Assembly: GCF_036321535.1 (NCBI RefSeq)
Contig: NC_087436.1
Location: forward strand, 20,214,001 to 20,278,000
Direction of reading: 5' to 3'
DNA from: Camelus dromedarius
Lineage: Eukaryota
DNA: 64,000 nucleotides
Shown here: positions 35,868 to 47,245 of the stretch, in pieces
How positions within the stretch are numbered: the first letter of the stretch is position 1
Layout of the letters: every line of letters begins with the position of its first letter
Notes under the pieces: model-generated
The model's database searches: none
What the model saw: the letters and a program-made list of their open reading frames with translations, nothing else
What the model was told of the DNA's origin: nothing
Made by a program: the position numbers and the translations under genes

Positions 35868-38040
35868 TGTATGCAGGGTGAGTGAAAATGTTATTCCTCC
35901 CAGATCTCAGTGACTGACTACAACAAAGCTTATCTCTAGCTCAGGTAACAGTTCAACATGGTGGTTCCTGGTCTACTGGCCCTCCTCCAAGTGGTGGTTT
36001 TGACTGAGGAGGCAGGTTTCTTCCACCCAGTGGTTCTATCATTCCCTAGAACAGGGATCGGCATTTTTTTTTTTTTTTTTTTTCCTGTAGAGGACAAGCT
36101 AGTAAATATTCTATGCTTTGTAGGCCATAAAGTGTTTGTCACAACTACTCAACCTTATAGCACAAAAGCAGCCATAGATGAGAAACCCACAGGCTCTTTG
36201 TGGATCCCTGCCCTAGGGCATAAGAGACCTTCCTTGGATCTCTGCTTCTGGCCAACAAAGGGTGAGAGAGTATGGGTGATCATATGGGAGACTCTTAGGA
36301 ACCAGACCTGTAAGTGGCAGTCTCCCTGGCCATCACTCAGTTTACCTGACCCCAACAATCTCTGGAGTAAAGAGGGCTGGGAAAGTCTAGCTGTGTGTCT
36401 AGGAGGAAGAGAAAACTAGGTTCAGTAAGCCCTTAGCACTATCCTGGCTCCAGATTGCCCTTCTACTCACAGAGCATCTGTTAACTTCTTTCCATACACA
36501 GAACACGCCCAATCTTCCTCTCAAAAGGGCAATCCAAAATCCCACCCAGTTTCTGCATCAGCTTAAGGTCCAGCATTTTCTGATGAAACAAGCCTTCTCC
36601 ATGTGATTCCTCATAGTTGTCCTTCTCCCCTCCTTAATGAACAATCAGGGGACAGGAATGGTACATCCAAAAAACAAACAAACAAACGAACAGCAACTCT
36701 CCTATTTGGAAAGGATTAGAGGAGAAAGCACAAAGCAGGCACTGGTCCATGCATTTATAAAATCCCATTGTACAGACCTCTGAAAGCCCCCTACCCCGTT
36801 TGATTCGGCCCTCTGTTTGGAGCTGCTGCGTCCATTGTTGTCCCTGGCCTCTATCTCTCCCCTCTTGCAGGTTCCATCTTGTCCATCGTCTCCTTCCGCC
36901 ACATCTGAAGTGACCTCCTCAGGGCCTTCACAGTTTTGTAGGATGCTTCCTGTTGGATTGACTTTTGGGCTCGAAAGCTGTTTTACATTTCAAAGCCATT
37001 TAAAAGATGGTCATGATATCTTTCATAAATAAATTTCCTTTAAAAACTTAATAAGCTTCTAGCCAGTTTCTTATACCACTAAAAACACCCCAAATTTTAC
37101 CTACACATACATTCTCGAATTTATTTGTTTGTTTCCTCCTCCTAAGCCATTGTCTCTCAGTTTAATGGTCTCTACCCTACCGCCAATGAAAAGAACAGAA
37201 AGGAAGACCACATTCCTTATCTGATCTTTGCCTCAGGGCTAAGTCTTTTGTTTAACCGGGGAGTACCGCCACTGGACTTTAATACTCAAAGCCTTATCTC
37301 CTAATATTTGGGAATCTGAAAGCATCAGTGACCCTAACATTTCAACACCCCACATTTCTTTACTCTTTGTTCCCTTTCATTTCAGCTTGCAAACCAGCCA
37401 ATTCTCTCCTGAGCTCATTTTTCCCCCTATGAAACGTTACCAAAGACAGCTAATGGTAGCCAACACACACTAGCACTCAGATTACTTCCAACTGCTTCCC
37501 CATGTGCTCTGTTTCAGTAAGCACATGATCTTCTTTCAAGTTACTGCAGGTAACCATTTTTCAAAGTGTCTTGCCGCTTTATAGCATAGTATCCATCATT
37601 CCAGCTACTCCCATCAGTCTCCTCACCCGTCACCACTTCACTCACAAATTTTAGGTTTATGCTACAGCAGCGCCGCACTTCAAGTTTCTGAATTGTTATA
37701 AAGGCACTAACATTCTGGTGGTTTAAAATACTCAGAAAATATTTTTTGACCTGAAGCAGGTGTCTGTGGTTGGATGGGTTTCCCGGGTAGCTTTCTTCCA
37801 CATGGCAACTCAGGAACCCAGGCTGCTTCCAGCCTACAGGTTTCACCATCCTCCAGGGTCTTGGAATTCACCAGGTCTCTGCGTCCAGCCACTCGACCTG
37901 TGATTGGCCCATGTTCCATTGGCCAGAACTGGGTTAAATGGCTCCACCTAACAGCAAAGGATCCTGGGAATGCAGCCTCGCTGGAAGCTGGATGCCCAGG
38001 AGGAAAAAAAAATGATGGTGGTGAACAAACAGCATTCTCT
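35868..38040 (-). mobile_element. Ancient MaLR (MLT1I/J-type) LTR-internal-LTR provirus
   Basis: Two related LTR ends (tgtgtgtctaggaggaagag ~36395; gatgcccaggaggaaaaa ~37992); internal with gcaatccaaaatcccacccagtt and tttaggtttatgctacagcagcgccgcacttc junction motifs. Confidence 0.65.
36052..36210. mobile_element. MER58A hAT MITE nested in MaLR LTR
   Basis: TIRs cagggatc / gatccctg; 8-bp TSD ccctagaa (36044-36051) and ccctaggg (36211-36218). Confidence 0.85.
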
Positions 38041-38604
38041 CTGAGTAATGATTTATGGGGTATAATTTTCCTGACTGTGGACAGCCATCGGGTCACCAGG
38101 TCTATAGGAAAGTGATCTCTCTCTCCTCCTCTTGGCTTCTAGGTTCCGTTCATGAAAGAAAAGAAAGAAGCTGAGAGTTGCAGCAAGAAGCAGAAGCTGC
38201 AAGAAACAGACACAGTGAGGGAGAGAGAGCAAACAGGGAAAGCCTGGGAATTAAAGGCCTCTCGATTGACAGCTGAAGCCGCGCACAGCTGTAAAAAGGC
38301 AAACCCTGTGTTAAATGGCTTCAATCTGTGAACACAGTCCAGGGATCTTAACACCACGAGTTGAAAAATAGTTGAAACTTTTCCTCTGGATAAAGCAAGC
38401 TGGAGAACAAATTTAGCTATGAGTTAATAGAGTTTGATATGAGATGGATAGTTATTTATAGCTAGACATTTATGTATCTTTGGATAATATCTATCATATG
38501 CTTTGGGGTTTTAATTTTGCATTTTAGGGTTAGTTATCTGTTTAATTTTGGAAATCATAATTGATTAGATCATGACCCATTTTTATTCTTTTTACTTGGC
38601 TGCA

Positions 38605-38960
38605 TTCGTCAATTAATTCATCCATTCATTCAATAAATATTTATTTAAGCCCTATTAAGTGCTAGGCACTGGGCTAGGTACTATTCAAAGCTAAACTTGT
38701 CCCTGCCCTTGTGGAACTTAGAGTCTAGTGCGTAAGACAGACGTTGAGCAAATACTCTGGGACCAAGAACTGTTTACTTTCGTATTCTATGATTATGAAA
38801 TAGGGGGTTAAGGTTATCATAGTATCTGGTTGTGAAGGAGAAGTACAAAAAGTTCTCAGTGTATCACACAAAAGCCTGACCCTTTTTGAGGGGTCAAGGA
38901 CAGCCTCCTTGGTAAAATCACATTTCTTATTTTTAAAAAGGGCACGCAGGGAAGAGCGTT
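38605..38960 (-). mobile_element. L2 3' end
   Basis: cattcattcaataaatatttatttaagccctattaagtgctaggcactgggctagg. Confidence 0.8.
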
Positions 38961-39225
38961 TTCCTGCCTGCCACCTCTGCACCAGCCTCCTAGTTCCTCT
39001 GCCTGGAAGTGACTGCTCTTCCTAGACATTCCTTGAATGTCTCTGTTTTAAAACATCCTCACAACAGTTGGCACCGTTACACGTACTGTTCCATTTCTTG
39101 CTTTTTTCACTCAGTATATACTCCAGAGATTGTTCCCTGCTAGTTCCATGGTCGTTTCCTCATTCTTCTGTAAAGCCTGCACGGTATTCCTCTGTGTGGA
39201 TTACCATAGCTTATTGAATTAGCCC

Positions 39226-39438
39226 TGATATCAGTTTCTTATTGCTGCTGTAACGAGTTGTCACAAATTTAGTAGCTTAAAACAGTGCAAATTTGTTATA
39301 ATGCAGTTCTGGAGGTCAAAAGTCTGAAATGGGTCTTCCTGGGCTAACATCAAGGTGTCACGAGGACTTTGTTCATTTCCAGAAGTTCTAGGAGGAAAAT
39401 CAGTTTTCTTACCTTTTCCATCTTCTGAGAGCTGCCTG
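39226..39438 (-). mobile_element. MLT1C/D-type LTR fragment
   Basis: ttgctgctgtaacgagttgtcacaaatttagtagcttaaaaca...cagttctggaggtcaaaagtctgaaatggg. Confidence 0.8.
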
Positions 39439-39558
39439 AATCACCAAAAGTCAATTTGGTGTAAAATTTGTCAAATGACCTTTAGAAAGTCAGCCTGAAG
39501 CCACTCTGAGTAATGGCAAAATTAGCGTATTTCCTCTCTCTACTTCCTTTCTTCCTAC

Positions 39559-39987
39559 CGTTAAAGAAAAAATTATTTATGACGCTTGTTAAAGACAGTA
39601 AGGCTAACTTTATCCAGGGGAACTACTACAATGGGTTTTGTAGTAGGGGAGAGAGATCGGGCTCCGCTCCAAATTCAACAAGGACAAGTGAGAATTTACA
39701 GCCAAGGAGCCGGGTGGGAGGTGAGTGGATGGAAAATTACCAACAGAAAATATTAAGACTAGGGGGATTCTTGCTAGATCCACAAGGTCTTGCTGCAGGC
39801 AGGCTAGCTGATAAGATACCAAGCACGGGAGATGAGGAATTTGATCAGATATCAAAAGTGGGGAGTTTCAGGATTATTGCTGAAACTGGGCTAAATGGGC
39901 CACAGAAAGAGTCTAAACTCAGGGATTAGTCAGAAAGAGCACTCAGGGGAGCCTGATACGTTTGGTCAAAGGAGAGACTCTTTGTTG
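39559..39987 (-). mobile_element. MER31-type ERV1 solo LTR
   Basis: gttaaagaaaaaattatttatgacgcttgttaaagac ... tttggtcaaaggagagactctttg match recalled MER31 termini. Confidence 0.8.
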
Positions 39988-39999
39988 TTACCCACAACC

Positions 40000-42900
40000 A
40001 CCTATTTTAGTTGATCATGTTAACTTTCCTTAATGTTTACTGTTATATCTGGAAGTAAAATTACTGCATTACTTGATTTATCCTTTTCTTTTTACCTCGG
40101 TCATAAAGATGGGAAAATCTGCACGTTTGTCTTTCACCCTATCTCCTCCTTCCCTCCAACTTGTTTAGCTATTTCATTTATGCTTTATCATGATTTATAA
40201 CAGTTACAGTCTGTTTTAGACAATTATCCTCATAATTTGCTTTAGTTTTATCAATTAAATGCACTGAATTAATTTTTTGACCATAGTGTTTTCACTTACC
40301 ATTGGATTGGCTGAAGTTTGACCTCTTCAGGGAGATCCTGGGATCTTTATCCCTTGAGATTTTATATGTTCAAAAGTGTTTGTTGCCTTTAGACCTGAAA
40401 GACAGTTTGACTGGGAATAAACATTTGGAATCACAATTTCTTTCTTAAACATCTGGTAAGCATTGCTCCACTTCCTTCTAGTATTGAGTTGATAAAGAGA
40501 CGTTTGAAGTCTTCTGTTGGTTTCTCCTATGAGTTACTTTTAAATTTTGGCTGAATATGCAAACTATTCACTTTTTTTTCAAATGCTAATTTTTACTTGC
40601 TTTACCATTTCCGTTCCTATGACCCTGAGGCAGCAACTTTCAACTTCCTCAGACATTTCTTTTGGTATGTCTTTCTGTCTTAATAAGTCATGCTATTTCA
40701 TAATTTTTGAGATATAGATATTATGTGTTGGTTTCCTACAATGGAGGGTTTAGCTCCTGTACAACCCAACCCCAACTCACATCATCCACACACACACAGG
40801 TACATACAACCATATATACTTCCCTTCCTTTCCTCTTCCTCTTCATTTGGAGTTAAACCAATATCCAGTGGTCATATTATGATGATGTAACTGTCATTCG
40901 CAGCCCAGCTATGCAGTATGCAATGATTACAATTCCTTTTTAGAACAACTTTTTGTTTGTTGGTTTCTTTCTTCTGTTCGGATTTCTGAAGTTAAAAACT
41001 GCCTCCTTTTTGTGTAATTTTTCATGTAGCCATTCCAAACTCTTACTAGAACTGAAAACTTCTTTAAAATACACTCAAATACATTGAATATTCTATATAC
41101 TTGATATTCTTCTTGCAAATGTCTCTCTTGTATTGCCGTGTCCTGCTCCAGCCTGGACGGTGTGCATCCCAGGCTCTGGCTCGCTTGCAGCCTAGGACTT
41201 CCCCTGTCATCTTTATCCTGGAAATTCCTTTTCTGTCTGGAGCTCTTACGAACTATGTGATTTCTTCACTCTTAGTTATGTCCTCATTTGGTCAGGTCAC
41301 ATCTCCTGTCAGCCTTCTGGGAAAGTGTGTCTGGAAAGACAATTCTTGAGTCCTTACTTTCTCAAATTATTTTTGCTTTACCCTCACAATTTATCATTCG
41401 GGAGGATAGGGAATTCTAAGTGGGAAATAATTACATAAAACATTGAAAGAAATTGCTTCACTGTCTTCTAGCACTGATGTCGTTAAGCCTTTTGCCGATC
41501 TGATCCGCAAACATTTGTGTGTTCTCTCTGGAATCTTTTAGAAACTCTCGTTTATCCCTGACGCTCTGGAAATTTGCAACAATCTACCTGGGGGAAGTCA
41601 TATTTCCGTTTAGTGTGCTAGCACTTACTGGCCCTTTCAATCTGGAAAATCATGTACTTTAATAACGAGAAATTTTTTGTTGGTTACTTAATAATTTCCT
41701 CCCTTCCATTTTCTTTTTTCTTATTTTTTGAAAATCCAGATATTTGCATGTGAATTCCCAGTAATCTATTAATGTTCTTTCTCATGTTTTGTTTCTTTTC
41801 TCCCCCCTTTTATCTGGGAATTTTTTCTTTTATTTCTTTCAGAAATGTTAGATTTTGCTATCTGGTGATTAATTTGAAGGCGTTCTTTTTTTTTCTCTGA
41901 ATGTTCAGTATATAAATATCTATGTCTATGTTCTTGTTTCATGGCTCTGATGTATTCTCTTATTTCTCTGAATTATACATTTTATTAAAGTTTTCTTCTG
42001 CTCTTCATTTTTTACTTTCACAATTTAGTTAGTTTGCTTTCTTCTCTGTTTTTCGTGCTAGAAACTTTCTTCAAATGTGTAATAAGTCTTTGCTGTCAGT
42101 TCACATTCAAGAATGAAGCCCTAAAAAGTGGAGCGGGACTCCATTGCATTGGAAATTGATGAACCTCGCTGGGGAGTAATTAGGAGAGACTTGATCCTTT
42201 CTTTGGGGGCCTTTTCTCTTGTAACCAGTGACTTCATCAGAAAGAAATTCCCCAGTTGCAAATAGGGATTGAAACAGTGCTAAGCATGACAGCTAGATTT
42301 CTGGGACCTAAGAAAAGAAAGTTGGAGGGTAGTTGTCACATCTTAGATTTGTGTCACCCTTAAGGTGTTCCTGGTGTCCTCCAGTCCAGAATCAGTCTCT
42401 CTGGTTTGGGTTCTCCAGCAAGTGATCTCTAGCCTTCTGCTGAGGCTCATAAGAGAAGGTCTCATGGCTATTTGGGGTAGGGAAGAGATGGAGGGGGTGG
42501 GGTTTAATGTCTCTTTTTAAATGTTTATAGTCATTTTTCCTGTTTTCAACACACCCTGCCCTTCTGTCTTCAGAACTACCTGTTGCCTTCAATATGTGAG
42601 TTTCCATGAGAGCAAGCCTTTCATTTCGTGTGAGCTTTATTACACACACTGGCCCACATTTCAACCTTCTTTGCTCTGCTAGGTCAATTACCACCTGCTT
42701 TCCAGTTCCACAATGTTGTTGTCATAAATCATCCTTCCCTTCTATTCTCTTTGCTTTTTTTGTGGAGTTTTGCCTTTTTATGTATTTACCATCCTCTCGA
42801 TGAAGTTTTGAGGGGAAATGGAGATAAATGCGTAATTCCATCCATGGCAGCCGTGAAAGTGCACCTCTCAGCTGCCCTACGGCAGGGAGTATAATGGACC

Positions 42901-44030
42901 AAAGGCCCGGCTGTTAGGCTCTGGGATCCAACACCGTGTGAGGAGGCCATGTTTCCTGACTAGCTGCTCCCAGCAGTGATGGAGTGTGGCCGGGATACTG
43001 AGGCTGGCTCGGTCCTGGGAGATGTGAGGCTCCTCTAACGGACAATGCTGGCTGGAGGACGGACGCCTCACCAGCCTTGCCAAAATCCCCTTAGAAGTGC
43101 ATTACATCTGAGGCCTGACTTACTGACTCATTTCCTTCCTTCCTTCCTCCGCTCCTTCACAGGGGTCACAACTGCATCGTGGTCCCGGGGCTCACCCAGC
43201 CTCCCCTGGCTTCCTCCTCGTTCTCTCTCACAGGTGTTTCCCCGCCTCCCCACCCCATCCAAAATATCTTGTAGATGGAATCCTGTCTTGGTATCTGCTT
43301 TTTGGAGAACCTGGGCTGATGTAGCATCCAACACTTTAATCTGGAAATTAAGAATTCTTTTTCTGGATTTGAAGTCTAGAGACTTGGCTGAGACATAATT
43401 GTTGTGGGTCATCTGTCTCAATTTTTCCTAAGGTACAAGGTGCCTTTTCAGTCCTTTGAGTCATGTCTTATTTCTGGGAACTTTTCTTAAATTATGTTTA
43501 TGTTCAATTATTTGTTTCATTTCTTCAGGGATATCAATTATGCATGTTTAATTTTAATTTTTATCTCCTCACCTGATCTTTTGTTAATCAATTTTATTTT
43601 ATTTTCTCAATCCTCTCCTCCTTCTCCCATACTTTTAGTTGTGACTATTCTCCTTTTTTCTAATGAGACCCTTGCTTCTAATAAGACTATACATTTGCTT
43701 TCCACTCATTTTTCTTTTTATTTTCCACTCATTTTTCTTCTTTTTTTTGTCTTCTCAGCACTTATTTCCCCCAATTCTTGTAAGTCTACTTTGAGCTCTT
43801 ATTTTATATCAGCACTTCCTTCATTAAATGTTTTTAATTCATGAGCAATATATTTGGTAATAATTCTCATCTAGTTCATAGCAAAATTCTTCTGGGGGAT
43901 ATTCTTTATCTGCCATTTGTTTTTCCTGTTACTTCAACATTTTTTAAAAGAAGCATTTCATAGATCCAGTGTGGTTCCTTTGTGGCTGTCCCTCACCTCT
44001 GAATGAAAGAAAATTCATCATGAACTGGAT
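40000..44030 (-). mobile_element. Highly decayed old L1M/HAL1-type segments
   Basis: T-rich; gaaagacagtttgactgggaataaacatttggaatcaca, cattgctccacttccttctag antisense ORF1-region motifs. Confidence 0.6.
42845..43323 (+). mobile_element. LTR16C-type ERVL solo LTR
   Basis: ccttcacaggggtcacaactgcatcgtgg...aatcctgtcttggtatctgctttttggagaacc. Confidence 0.8.
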
Positions 44031-44123
44031 GTTTGCAGCACAGAAGCAGTAGACTGTAGCTCTGATTTCAAATTACAGCTCTGCCCCAGAATAGCCGCAT
44101 GACTTCAGTTTTGCAGTAAAAAG

Positions 44124-44195
<72 letters not shown>

Positions 44196-44232
44196 ATAAT
44201 AATAATAATAATAATATAATAACAACAACAAC
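44124..44232 (+). repeat. Compound (TAG)~23(TAA)n(CAA)n microsatellite
   Basis: Directly visible long perfect trinucleotide run. Confidence 0.97.
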
Positions 44233-44403
44233 ACTATTTATCTCATTGAGCATCATGAGGGCTAATATAGGAATTAATACATGAAAAAACATGTCCACCG
44301 GGCTTGTAGACAAAGCACTGTATGAATGTGATAAACAATACCTTTTAAAAGGTCATCTCTCAATATCTTTTTGCACTTCCATTTTTATCTTCCTTTATCT
44401 GGC

Positions 44404-44492
44404 ATTTTTTTTTTTTTAATGGAGCTACTGGGATTGAACCCAGGACCTCGTGCATGCTAAGCACACCCTCTACCACTGAGCTGTACACTCCC
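44404..44492 (-). mobile_element. Vic-1-like SINE (short, plain poly(A) tail)
   Basis: gggattgaacccaggacctcgtgcatgctaagcacaccctctaccactgagctg. Confidence 0.9.
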
Positions 44493-45714
44493 GTCTTTTC
44501 CTCACTTCAGAAGTTACCTATATCTCAGAGCTACATATATCTACTAGATTTGTGTAAGATGAAGTTCATATTTCTGGAGTTTTACCCCCTTTTTGCTCTT
44601 GAATGATTTCTTTTAGGAAAAGGGGGGGCAGTCCTGTCCTTACTTCACCATTTCTATGTGTCTATCAGGACTTGACATTTAAATTAAGATATGAGGGGTG
44701 AGTGGGAATAAAGCAGATAAAAGGAGGGGAAGGAGGAGGAACATTCTAGAAAAGGGAAATGCATGGAACGTCTCTGGTATGGGAAGAAACTGTGAAGTCT
44801 GAGGAACTGAAAAGACTGTGAAGCTATGATATAAGGAAGGAGAGAGAGAGAGTGGGGTAAGAGGAGGCTGCAAGCAGGTGGGCTTCCCCACAGTTTTAAG
44901 CAACACTGCTCACCTAAGAACATCGCAGCACTTCAGACAGCCAGTTTGTCCTCCTCAGTTGTTGGTTGAATAGGGAAGGGCTCATAAGAGAAGAAATGGA
45001 AAAGAACTTGGGTTTTCTTTGGGGCTGGATTCTAAGTCCAAACTTGAAGCTATCAAGTGTCTTTCCTTGGGGAAAAAAAAAATTATTCACTGCCACTTTA
45101 TTGGATGACAATCTAGATGATGTTGGACAATGTTTGCACCATATTGCAGACATGTCTGCATCCATTTATAAAATAAAACATTCCCGGGGTTTTTGACTCC
45201 AACTTACATGTAAAAATATAAATATATTTTGATTTTTAATTTTTTAGGTTTTTTTTCCCCTCCTAAAAAATTATACTGTTATGAATAGAATTCTAAATGA
45301 AAGAAAGAAGAAAGTCAACCACAAGCACACCTACATCAACAAATCAAACTGTTTCTGTTTATCCATGTTCCCTTGTAGATGTATTTTAGCAATCATTTCA
45401 GAACAATAGATATTTGGATAAGTGGCAAAACGTTGTTTGGATTCAGAGCAGTGGGTGTAGAAGTGTTTATTTCTGTTCTGTTGACCTCAACCCGTTTATG
45501 TGTTTTTTTTGGAAAATCAAATCAGAATATCCCAACAGAAATGATTTTCAGACTTAGACACTAACAACTAATCCACCATCTAATTTGGGAAACATCCTCT
45601 TAGATGCTCTTGTCTATATACTTGATACAGGTTTTTTTAAGTGCTGAAAGAAAAGAACCATCAACCCAGAATTTTTTACCCAACAAAATGTACTTCAAGA
45701 ATAAAGGAAAAATC

Positions 45715-46208
45715 TTTCCACTCTGGCTGGTGGGAAGATACACTATTCCCAATTTCCAAGAATTGTTCCACTGGCTCCTTTCTGGAAGCTCTTTCCCTGC
45801 CATGATAGTTTCCTCAACACATGCACTGATCAGTACTTGGGAAACCCTCTGGGTATTTCCAGAGCCTTTTCTCTCTGAAGATCTCCCTTCTCTGTGACTG
45901 TCTCATGAATTCTAAGCAACTTGGCCTCTGTGAACTGAGAACTTGGGACTCGTCATCTCAGGGAAGGCTACCTGGCTGTGTTTGGCTGCATGCTTGCTGT
46001 TCTGAGACCCAGACTCCGGGAAGTGGGCTGGGACCATCACAGGGCTCAGCTTCTTTGTTTTCCTTTTCTCAGAAATCGCTCTTCTGCACTGCTTCTTGTC
46101 CAATGCCTAAAAGCTAATGTTTGGTCGATTTCCCTCAGTCCTTCACCTCTTTGAGGCAGGAGAATAAACCTAGCCCCTGTTGCTCCTTATGGGCTAGAAG
46201 CAGAAGTC
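45715..46208 (-). mobile_element. Old L1M 5'UTR end
   Basis: agtttcctcaacacatgcactgatcagtact...cctgttgctccttatgggctagaagcagaagtc resembles antisense L1M 5' terminus. Confidence 0.6.
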
Positions 46209-47074
46209 TCAGAATTCTTTTTTTTTTTTTTCCTTCAAAACTCCAGAGGTTTCTCTTGGGAAACAGTGTTTGTGTTCACAAGGAAATATTTATCTAATGT
46301 TTCTCAGTTAGTTCTTTTTCATTTTTATATTATCTATGGATTTCAAGTAAAAATAAACTTAGTATTTTAAATTTAAACGTAGTTTGATTTTCTCAGAATT
46401 ATATCTAGCTCTTGTTCTTCCTTTCCACATGTCAATATAAAGAGATGTCTAAAATAATGGTCACATATGTTAAGAATAGTGATTCTACGTGGTAGGATGT
46501 TGGGGTGGCTTTTTGCCTTTTTTTTCTAATCAAATACTTGTATGTATCACTTGTTACACAAATTTTAAGGAGCTCATGATTTTTTTAAAGGTAAGTAGAA
46601 AGAATAGGGAAAATGTGGGAGTGATTTTCTCAAGGATATGGGAAATTTGGGGAAAGGAATATGGGAAATCAGAGGAGGAGGAAGAGAACCTTTTTTTCTG
46701 AGAGAAAAGGACAAAAAGATAATTGTAGAGATTTTTAAAAAATGAATCTATGTTAAGGGATAGTTAGAGTTCACACCAGATGTTCAGATGAGCTGCAGTA
46801 TTTTAGAAAAGTAGAAGATGAGGTCATTTCCAGTGAAACCATTTTTTTTTTTTTTCATAAGAATCACATCATGAAAAATGTGGACTCCAGGCTTTGAAGC
46901 AGTTGAACTCTCAGATCTGAGGATTAATTTGATGTGTTACTTTTCTGACTTCATTATTCCCTGGCTAGATTATAATGTAGTTGAACAAAAGGTGAAGGAT
47001 GAAAATCTAAGTAGATGAGTCAGGACAGAGTGACATGAAGAGGAACAATAATAATGGTGGTAGCAGCAGTGCAG

Positions 47075-47245
47075 CAGCTACTGTTTATTGAACGCACGCC
47101 GTGTGCCAGGCAGAGTGACCGGTGCTTCCTCTGCATTACCTCACTTGGTCCTCTTAGCAACTGAGTCTCAGAGATGTTAAGAAATCTACCCACAGTCACA
47201 CAGCTAGCCAATGGAAGAATTGGAATCTGAACCCCGTCTGTCTGA
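47075..47245 (-). mobile_element. MIR SINE
   Basis: tttattgaacgcacgccgtgtgccagg...cacagtcacacagctag...tctgaaccc. Confidence 0.75.

Noticed and set aside
35958..36419. 153-aa ORF
   Set aside because: Spans MLT1 LTR and MER58A; poly-Phe comes from a T tract
44068..44313. Poly-leucine ORF
   Set aside because: Translation artefact of the (TAG)n microsatellite
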